In this document: one piece after another, positions 55,707-64,000 of the stretch
How the letters are laid out: every line of letters starts with the position of its first letter
How positions within the stretch are numbered: the first letter of the stretch is position 1
Source: Tetramitus jugosus
Lineage: Eukaryota > Protista > Heterolobosea
Direction of reading: 5' to 3'
Assembly (NCBI GenBank): GCA_937625935.1
Contig: OW569391.1
Location: forward strand, 248,001-312,000
DNA: 64,000 nucleotides
The notes under the pieces: generated by a model
The model's database searches: none
Told to the model about the DNA's origin: nothing
Seen by the model: only the letters and a program-made list of their open reading frames with translations
Program-made: the position numbers and the translations under genes

Positions 55707-56947
55707 TGGTTTTGCCTGTAGTATTTCTATTGTGGTTGGTGTTGTGGAATTGCGCAAAAAAAATTTTAGGTCAGCCAGAGAACTTTTCAAAAGCTTTCAT
55801 GAAAAAAAAACGGTTTTTGGGCAGTGTCCATACACACACAGAAGAGTGTGAGAACAAGACTCATTCTTGTTGTTGTCGTTGGTTGTGATTGTTGTGCTCA
55901 TGAGAACAGTCATTATCTCTTCCCAAAATGGGTCAACCATCACACAAACAACACACGCCAAAAAAACAGTTGAAGAGTCAGCATAATATTATTTGAAGTG
56001 TAAGCTTACCTGTAGTTTTCAATGATAATGTGTCAGGTTATCCTTTGTTATGGTATGTAGGAGGTGAGATGATTTCGCCAAAAAAACGCCTGTTCAAATT
56101 TCTTTTCTGTACTCTTTCTCCTGATATACTCGAATAGTGCCCAGTTTTTCGTTGCTTTTTTGGAAGTGTTAGTTTGGTTTGATAAACGGAGAAAATGAGA
56201 ATCCCGTTTGGTCAATCAAATTTGGTTTGTTGTAACAAAATTAAGCTTTACAAAGGAATTCTGATCCGCTGTTTCTGTGCTTGGTGGCAAAAAACAGACT
56301 TTCTTCTTTATTATTTTTGCATGGGGAAGATGTGTGAACGAGTTAGGTGTCCGACACGATGCTCAATAAACTGGTTGTTGTGATCATTGGTGTGTCCAAA
56401 ATACCGAATGTTGTGTTTGTAGTTGTTTCATGCCGGCTTGAGATTTTTGGCAAGAAACCGACAGGATAAAATCAAAAAAGGCTTCACTGGGGAAAAACGT
56501 TGCCACATCGAGATGATGCCGTTGCAATAAGGTGTTTTGGAGCTCTATTTTCTGTAAATGGACGAAGCTCGTTTTTTTCCATTCTCACGACAAAGACTCG
56601 ATAGAACGACACCAAAAGACGTTTGTTTTGTTCATTTCTTGACACCCAATGAATATTGATGTGTCAACTGTTCGCTAAGTACTTCGTTGGCCAACTCAGT
56701 CATCCAGTCGCCTCACATCCAAAGTACAAGAACATGCAAGACTCTCCTCGGTGAACGCACCAGTCCTCGACTTCGTAAGGATTAATCCAATCTGACAGGT
56801 CAAACAACAAGGAAAAGATAAGGGTTGGGACTGTTCGGTGCTGGGCAACCACAGAAATGAAGGCACCTGAACGAACTACGACTTTCTTCTCCAAGAAAAA
56901 AAACGAAAATAGTTTATGATACAATCTTACACCTGATTCCGCTAGTA

Positions 56948-58675
56948 CTATACACTGGAGTAAATTCCCATCGCTCTTTTGAGCAACTCAAAGGTCATGA
57001 AGGTCGTAGTAACTGATGGAACAGTCTTCAGACAGCTGATGGTTGCTCCTCTGTACAATCCCTTGATGCCCTCCTTCTTGACAATCTGAGATAGGGCATC
57101 TGTCATGCCATTATAATTGGTAACGGCAACACCATTTTGTTGCAGCAAGCTCTGCACTTGAAGCCTAGATCTGACAAGCAACAAAGGATAAGTTGTCATC
57201 TGAGTGATTGCTGATGCAGTTGATCCCAGAACGAGAAGAGCTGGGATCGAAGGAAGTCTATGATCTGGATCGATTCGACTATGGTAATTGTAGTGAAGCT
57301 TCTTCAGTGATTCAAACATGGCATTATCCGCACCAACTCTGACCAAAGAAGGACACAGACCTTTGTACAATGCCCGTAGTCCATTTGTTCGAATAGTGTT
57401 CTGAATAATGCTCACGATACTGACTCTCTCCGATGAAGCTTCGAAACGAGTCTTGACAAACTCCATTGGGTACACAATTGCTTGTGCACACACTGCTGCT
57501 GCAAGACCAGCGACAAATCTCTGATGAAGATCAATTTCACCTGTGTGTTCACTCGTTTCATCCCACTCGGTCAACCTTCTCTTATAGGTCTCATAGAGGA
57601 ACGATCGGATGGCAATCTCAGGAAATGATTTCAATATATTGACACCATTGCCCTTCCAATATGATCTCCATCCACCTTTTCCAATCTCTTGAAATCCTTG
57701 TTTAATAGAAACAAATTCAAGGACACCAGAGCGAACATTCGTGCCATGGGCCTTAATCTGATTCTGTACTTGAAGTAGACATCGGAGGCGATCTAATGGT
57801 GCTGTCAAAGTCCGAGAGAACGATGCGGCGAGTCCTCCTCCTAAAAAGTACTTCCATCTTGCGTGCTGTCCAGTTACTTCCTGTTCCAACTCTGCAGGAA
57901 TGAACGATTCATTACCAATGTCAATCGTGATCGATTCCACGTGATCTCTCCAAAAGTGAAACAGACCTGTTAAACTGATCGGTTTGTCTGATGTTAATGG
58001 TACAAATTGATGTCGATGCATATAGTCATAGAACTCTGCATAGGTAATGAGATTGGACTTTGTCTGATCGACATGAGACATCATGGCAGTGAGTTCCTTG
58101 TCCGAAATCTGAATGTGTAAATCTTTGACTACACGTCTCAGATCCTCCAACTCCAACAAGCCATTCTTTCTGACATTGGCTTGTTCAAATGCTTTCCTTA
58201 GGTGATTCTCCTGTGCGATCATAAACGCTGAGAACTCTGGGAAAGATATGGTTCCAGTCTTGGTCACATCATACATGCTCATGAACTGTTCAAAGTCCTC
58301 ATCTGCCAGATAGATCCCAGACTGCTTCAGATACAAGTGCATTTTCTGTGGTGTGATCTCACACTTTGGGCACTGTGAAATCTCCACGAACAAGTTGTGA
58401 ATCTTCTCATCAAGATCCATAATGGGTGGTATGTGATGATCAATGTCGACATCATGAGCCAGAGAGGCATCAGTAATGATCTGCCCTTTTTTGCTACTGG
58501 AGTTACTATTTACAAGGTTCTTGATATCAACAGCGGCAACAGATACAACGGCAGGTGTTGCGGCAGTACTGGCTTCTTGCTGAGATTTGGTGGAAGGTAC
58601 AGAGATCAGTGACGATGACGAAACTAAGGAGGTGGCATTCTTTCTTTTAGCAGACAATATCTGTTGCTGACTCAT
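56948..58675 (-). CDS. Ca-binding mitochondrial ATP-Mg/Pi carrier (SCaMC, SLC25A23/24/25-like)
   Basis: EF-hand-like DVTKTGTISFPEF and three carrier repeats (APLDRLR, YPMEFVKTR, YPLLLVRSR). Confidence 0.9.
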   Translation of the reverse strand: MSQQQILSAKRKNATSLVSSSSLISVPSTKSQQEASTAATPAVVSVAAVDIKNLVNSNSSSKKGQIITDASLAHDVDIDHHIPPIMDLDEKIHNLFVEISQCPKCEITPQKMHLYLKQSGIYLADEDFEQFMSMYDVTKTGTISFPEFSAFMIAQENHLRKAFEQANVRKNGLLELEDLRRVVKDLHIQISDKELTAMMSHVDQTKSNLITYAEFYDYMHRHQFVPLTSDKPISLTGLFHFWRDHVESITIDIGNESFIPAELEQEVTGQHARWKYFLGGGLAASFSRTLTAPLDRLRCLLQVQNQIKAHGTNVRSGVLEFVSIKQGFQEIGKGGWRSYWKGNGVNILKSFPEIAIRSFLYETYKRRLTEWDETSEHTGEIDLHQRFVAGLAAAVCAQAIVYPMEFVKTRFEASSERVSIVSIIQNTIRTNGLRALYKGLCPSLVRVGADNAMFESLKKLHYNYHSRIDPDHRLPSIPALLVLGSTASAITQMTTYPLLLVRSRLQVQSLLQQNGVAVTNYNGMTDALSQIVKKEGIKGLYRGATISCLKTVPSVTTTFMTFELLKRAMGIYSSV

Positions 58676-58970
58676 CAGTTGTTATTGTAGCTATGTGGTT
58701 TTGTTTGTTTTGGCTCGACCAAATTTGAATCAGGCAAAGGAAATTGTGAGGGATTGTATCGCAAAGACATCGCATCCAATATCGCGTTCACAAATTGCGA
58801 TGCGGAAAGAACGTCCCGCAATACTCCGAATCAGCGAAATCAAACATCAGGCCCCCGATATTATCTCTCGTCAAATCTCATCAATTTCGGTGAGTCCTTC
58901 CGGTAAATTGACCTGGTATCGGTCGTTTACGGTTTCAGGCGAAACAAACTTCCGCTTCTACCACGGTTAT

Positions 58971-60905
58971 TTATTTATTTGACCGTGCAAAGGTAGTACA
59001 TATCTTACGAAGTGGAGTATTGAATCTCCCTATTGAAGTAACACCGGCAGCTAGCAAGCCAGTCCATACGCCTAGTGATTTAGAAGGCATACATTGCCCC
59101 ATCGCGCCTGCAGTGAACATTGACCCATTCTCTAAGTGCTTGTTCTTGAGTACGAAACGCTCGGATAGTTTCTCTCTTATCTGATGTATATTGGGCAATG
59201 CATCAATAGCTGTGCGGTGACAGATGGCGGACTTGGCGATTATTTGTTGTGGCATGAGTTTAAAGTTATCCTTGCGAGATAGATCTTTCAACGTATTCAT
59301 CAACTCTTCACCCTTTGCATCAAACTTCTCAGAGATGGATTTACTTAGTTCCTTGATAGTCCTACTCGATAGACCATCCTCAGGGATATCAGGTAGAGTT
59401 AATTGTATTTTCACTGTATTGAAATGGCCAATGATTTCAAAAAGAGTCTTCTCAGACATGTAAGACAAACTCTCTAACAGGAGAGTACTTGGACAGTTGA
59501 AAACAAACCTGACATTTCCAGATTCTTGAATAGAGTCTAATACTCCTTCATAGGTGATGTATCCAAGCTTCATTTTCACTGCCAAAATATAGGGTGCACT
59601 CGGGCATGAGAATGATAGAATAACACGGCAGCCCATTCCATTGACAACTATACTTAGGTTGCTCTTCTCTTCCAAGTTGTCTGGTATGTTCAATTCAGGG
59701 GAGTCCAAGTACTTGCACTCATTCTTTTTCTTCCATAGAAATTTGAAAATTCTGTATCGCTCAAAGAACCCTGGACGTGTCCTGTAGTCTGTATAATAAA
59801 TTGAAAACAAGTTATGTAACTCTGCAATGTACCTAGTCATTCTATGTTTCTGTAGCGTTGCTAGTGCATCTGCCGAGACTGTGAACTTTTCACGCCCATA
59901 GGCATAGATCTCTGTGTGAGCTTTCTCTGTGAATATGCGAACTTTGAGTTCATTTCCCTTGCTTTCTAGCGTAGCAGACAACTCTTTGTTCTCTGATATT
60001 GTATCGTGAATATGTATATAGTGCCCGAATCCAGTATACTTTGGAATATTCAATTGTAGATTGTTCATGAAGGGAGTCAAAGAGTTAAGCACTCCAGGGA
60101 AAAAGGACGAAAGAGAGTCCGATGCGGTTGATCCAAGTATCTTTGTCCATTCCAGCTTGAAATCATTGTTTTTCAATAGTGTTCCATCGTGAATCAAATC
60201 ACTCAAAATCGAGAGTATCACTGGCACAGGGTCATCTTCCAGCACAAAGAAATGAAACTTGTCCTGATGATTCTTGTTGATAAAACTACCAAATTCATCA
60301 TTTGCAATCAATGGAGAAGCAAAAGTCACGCACAAAAATCGATTGAGAGTCTCGGGAGACAAGCCCTCCTCTGCCAATAACCTCGCAGTTACAATTGCTG
60401 CCACTGCACCACCCAAGCTATGCCCCGTTAAAATAATCTGATACTTTTCCAGAGCTCTACGCTTGAAATACTCGATTGGAATCGAGTGAGCTCTCTTGTA
60501 GAACCCGGAATGAAATTGACCCCTGGTATCATCAATCATAAAATTAGCATCGTCAATCAAATCTCTCACAGAGCGCGTACCTCTAAACACCACGTAGATC
60601 CTCCGAGCTTCATCATCCTGACATATCATGTACTTGACATCGAGTGGAATCTCATGTTTATTGTCATCTGAGCACCCTGAGACAATCATTTGATTGATAT
60701 CGTGAGTAAATGGATGATAAACTTTTTGCAGAACTTTCATCGGATCATCCTTGTAAACAATATCACAGGCAATGGAACTGGTCAAAAGAATTTTGTAATA
60801 TTCAGTCAGGTTTCCACGATACAGTGCTTGGATGGATGGTATTTCCAGATGAACCTTGTTGGACGTCTGTTTTTTGGATGACATCATTCCCAGGAGTGAC
60901 CTCAT
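58971..60905 (-). CDS. Class-3 lipase-domain protein, C-terminus possibly truncated
   Basis: VVFRGT, FHSGF, nucleophile TGHSLGGAVA, CVTFASP, DDPVP and QKHRM. Confidence 0.75.
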   Translation of the reverse strand: MRSLLGMMSSKKQTSNKVHLEIPSIQALYRGNLTEYYKILLTSSIACDIVYKDDPMKVLQKVYHPFTHDINQMIVSGCSDDNKHEIPLDVKYMICQDDEARRIYVVFRGTRSVRDLIDDANFMIDDTRGQFHSGFYKRAHSIPIEYFKRRALEKYQIILTGHSLGGAVAAIVTARLLAEEGLSPETLNRFLCVTFASPLIANDEFGSFINKNHQDKFHFFVLEDDPVPVILSILSDLIHDGTLLKNNDFKLEWTKILGSTASDSLSSFFPGVLNSLTPFMNNLQLNIPKYTGFGHYIHIHDTISENKELSATLESKGNELKVRIFTEKAHTEIYAYGREKFTVSADALATLQKHRMTRYIAELHNLFSIYYTDYRTRPGFFERYRIFKFLWKKKNECKYLDSPELNIPDNLEEKSNLSIVVNGMGCRVILSFSCPSAPYILAVKMKLGYITYEGVLDSIQESGNVRFVFNCPSTLLLESLSYMSEKTLFEIIGHFNTVKIQLTLPDIPEDGLSSRTIKELSKSISEKFDAKGEELMNTLKDLSRKDNFKLMPQQIIAKSAICHRTAIDALPNIHQIREKLSERFVLKNKHLENGSMFTAGAMGQCMPSKSLGVWTGLLAAGVTSIGRFNTPLRKICTTFARSNK

Positions 60906-61265
60906 TGTTGTTTGTTGTTTTTTATTATTTGATTTCGATTCGCGGGGAGAAATATAATTTCTTTTTACTCTGACTGATTGATTTTGTCTCCGCTCTTTTT
61001 GACAATGAACTACTCTGAATAAGTTCTGAAGTCATAGTAAGTTAGGTTGCCTTTCATCTTTATACTATGGAGAGGAAAGTAGGATGATGAGGATTGCTGT
61101 CACTCACAACGGATATAAGATTGGAGGTCAATTGCGCCCGGATGCCTCTCGAAGCCAAAGATGGCCAACTAATTTGAGTAAAGAGTTGGTGCACAAATTA
61201 TCATGCCCTCTGAGGCGTTAAGGAGAAAAACTTTAAACTGTGTACATGAATTATCAATCACATGT

Positions 61266-62300
61266 TTATTCTTCACTCTCTTCCTTCTTCTCTGACATCT
61301 CATCAATGGCAGTGTCAATAAAGTTCTTGAGAACATCGATGTCAATAGAAAACAAGTCGTCCAAAAGAGAGATTTCCGCTACAACCTTTGGCATTGCTTC
61401 TGTCTCCAAGAACTCCCTAACTTTAAGGAGTTTTAGCTTTTCTTCTTCGCCCATCATGAAGTAACGTCCCTTTGCTTGGTCAAGATGGGCAATTTCTTTT
61501 CTTGTTGTGTTTCCCTATACTTCATAGACGAAAAGGGCGAGCTTCTCTATACTAGTTGCCTGTTTCATACTCTTCAATTCAAGGCGGACTTGAGCTAAAT
61601 CATTTTCTACCAGTTGGAATTTACCTTTCAGAATTTGGTTATCCTCTATCAAGACTTGGTTCTCCTCTCTCAAGGTTGAAGTAATTTCCTTCAGGACTTG
61701 AATTTCTTTCTTAATGTCTTGATTTTCATGTTCCATCTTCTCAAACCTTAGTAAGATATCTTTTTGCTGAAGTCGACTCTCTTCCATAAAGCGCAGAAGT
61801 CTCTCTTCCATAAAGCGTTTACTCTCTTCTATAGAGCGTCGATTCTCCTCTAGGGACACACTCTGGCTGGTTCTTTGGCGCTCACTTTCCAAGAGTATAT
61901 CATAGAGGTGATTTGCACTTTGTTGGAGGACCATACAGGATGTTTTCTCTTCTGTTAACTGTGTTTCAAGCATGGAGCTACGAGCAAAGGAATCTTCTGC
62001 CACTTTTTTGAGGACCTTGTACTTGCATCCTCCTTTGAAACATTGCTCATGGATGATCTCAATATCCATATTTGAGCTGCATGTTCATATCTAATTTTCA
62101 ATGATAGAAGAGTTCTTTTGAAAGTGTGAGAATGAAGTTTTCCACTGGCAGACATATTTACGATAAGAATTCGGTTTACCGAGGAGGGATATCTCGTTGC
62201 CGTTACATCTCTTTTCAAAAAACTGTAAGAAAACTCCTCAACATATGTCGTCTTGTCAAGAAGATGCAGATGAAGGCTTGTTACTCAATTCAAGGGTTGA
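61266..62300 (-). pseudogene. Disrupted coiled-coil gene with a TRAF-Zn-finger-like upstream remnant
   Basis: ORFs 61515..62069 and 61266..61457 are in the same frame, separated by a single TAG. Upstream frameshifted RTLLSLKIRYEH...HEQCFKGGCKY. Confidence 0.4.
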
Positions 62301-62719
62301 ATTTTTGGATCCCAGTGCAACAATTCTTGTGTTTTGTGCACTAAGATAATTTTCTCATACAAACTATGACCAGAGAGTTGTTTTCTCAGATATCATCAGA
62401 GAGCGAAGCTCTTGGGATTCATTGAGATCAACAAGGATGAAGCATTCAATGTGTTGATGCTACTTTCATGAGGAACAAAAAGGTTCATGGGAGGATTATG
62501 CAACAAAGGTTGTCTCATCAGAGGCTTGGGAAGCTTTGGGCTAGCTCTACCTTTGAAGAGGAATGAAAATGAGAAGAGTCGTCGCTGTGTTCTTGGTTGC
62601 GTTATGTATTCATGATGTTGTTCTTGTCAATGTCTACCGAAAGCTTTTTCGAAACCAATTTATTGTGATTCCTCATTTGGTTTACAACACAGCTACTCGC
62701 CGAAAGTGACTCCACCGAA

Positions 62720-64000
62720 TCAAACATCATCCGAGTTGGGTGATTGTTGACTCTTAGTCGAGGTGGCTTCCAGGACGAGATCCTTGTCATTGAACTGACT
62801 TCCATCAGATATGAGGAAGTGCTTGATGAAAGTAACCTTTGCCTTTTGGTCGTGAATAGATGGTGGTTGTCTCGGGTACATGTTCGTCTTTGGTGGTCTC
62901 AAAATCACCCTAGAGAATATGATGGACAATTCATCCACGCCTACCAAGTGAGTATCCTTGTACTTCAATAACTCTCTCAGGAAGCTCATAATGTACTGGA
63001 ATGTATTCGCATGAACAGATTGTATCTTTGATACGATGTGATGGCAAGCATGCTCCTTGACGCTCGCTTCAATGCACACCTTGTAGAAGCGATATGGTAT
63101 GACAGGTTCGGACAATGATTCCAATAAACTCAACAACACCTCAGCAAAGCTCAGTGCTGCAGTCGAAGATGTCTCCAGTTCTGCATCAAACGGTTCACCA
63201 GTGTCCAATCGATCACGAATCAGCAACTTTTCGGCTGGTGAGCCAGATTCCTTGAAGATACCCTCGACTTGCATTCCTTTTTGATGAATGTAGTCCACCA
63301 ATCTCCAAATCTCTAAAGGAACCTTGGAAACAGGAGCTTGCATGATCGCATTATCCTTGACATTTGGAGATTCCCTCACAGGATGACCCAATGCTACCAA
63401 ACCCTCAAGTGATTCACCGAAACAGGACTTGAGATAGTTTCCTGCCAAGGACACAAAGTGATCTCTTCCGTTCTCCAAATGAATAATAAGAATATCATCG
63501 ATTGAGTCCTTGCCGCTGTTTAGATCGGAGACAGTGTTACTGTCGACTAGTACTGTCAGCCTAACTTCAATCTTCTCTCCTGGCATGAACATGCCCTCAG
63601 CTGGTTCAATTTGCAGCCATCCCTTGCATTTGTTCTCTTCCATTGGCTTCGGTATGAATTGGAACTTGCAGAGCACTTGACCCGTGTTTTCGAGCTCAAG
63701 CACCTGTACAATTGGAACTTCGTATCTGACATCATCGAACGTGAATTTCTGGGATGAGAGTTTCATCTCTGGAAGCAAGTCATTCTCTAATCGATCAAGC
63801 ATCTTGATCAAGTTACGGTAGCACATTTGATACTTCTCTTGTTGGATAACTCTGACACCAACTGTAAATCCAGCTACCACAGGTTTATGATCACTGCTCA
63901 AATATTCCATGTTGGATTCATAATACTCCTGTTTAACATGTGGTGTGTCTCTCCAGAAAATACGATCCGTGTACGATGGCACACGCTTCTTCTCAGATGT
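62720..64000 (-). CDS. OCRL: OCRL/INPP5B inositol polyphosphate 5-phosphatase (C-terminal part: end of 5-Ptase, ASH, RhoGAP-like)
   Basis: KKRVPSYTDRIFW, SSDHKPV, LENTGQV..FQFIPK, DDILIIHLENGRDHF, VPLEIWRLVD. The 5' end lies outside the window. Confidence 0.92.
   Translation of the reverse strand, partial: TSEKKRVPSYTDRIFWRDTPHVKQEYYESNMEYLSSDHKPVVAGFTVGVRVIQQEKYQMCYRNLIKMLDRLENDLLPEMKLSSQKFTFDDVRYEVPIVQVLELENTGQVLCKFQFIPKPMEENKCKGWLQIEPAEGMFMPGEKIEVRLTVLVDSNTVSDLNSGKDSIDDILIIHLENGRDHFVSLAGNYLKSCFGESLEGLVALGHPVRESPNVKDNAIMQAPVSKVPLEIWRLVDYIHQKGMQVEGIFKESGSPAEKLLIRDRLDTGEPFDAELETSSTAALSFAEVLLSLLESLSEPVIPYRFYKVCIEASVKEHACHHIVSKIQSVHANTFQYIMSFLRELLKYKDTHLVGVDELSIIFSRVILRPPKTNMYPRQPPSIHDQKAKVTFIKHFLISDGSQFNDKDLVLEATSTKSQQSPNSDDV

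Overview
Gene-dense eukaryotic nuclear DNA with short GT-AG introns and poly-Q/N/H low-complexity proteins. It most resembles a Naegleria-like heterolobosean amoeboflagellate, inferred from the 'CFGIxxxDxxVCxGHGxC' EGF repeat and an RCC1-repeat family member ending 'SDIDV'. About 30 protein genes are present: PP6c, RanBP9/10, MEI1/PRD1-like, kinesin-PH, SCAMP, NST1, RAD6, LSM14, HP1-like, ABCB, Rh transporter, MAK21, PPCDC, Zn2Cys6 TF, CTDNEP1-like, WWE-DCN1, SRF, SCaMC, OCRL and others. Three tRNA genes are present (Val-CAC, Glu-CTC, Pro-TGG). Main finding: two of the three tRNA genes carry decayed fragments of the same non-LTR retrotransposon family immediately 5' of them, in the same head-to-head orientation. 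The fragments share a 'GV..DS...FDNVRLK.GK' peptide with synonymous-only divergence over FDNVRL, and two stacked CCHC zf-RVT knuckles lie at tRNA-Glu. This suggests a tRNA-gene-targeting LINE analogous to Dictyostelium TRE5. Other highlights are a WWE-DCN1 fusion, a meiotic MEI1/PRD1 homolog directly downstream of tRNA-Val, an HP1 with two chromodomains, a degenerate kinesin-PH, gene-conversion tracts in tandem paralogs, and several pseudogene relics. All protein calls come from motif recognition by eye; no searches were run.
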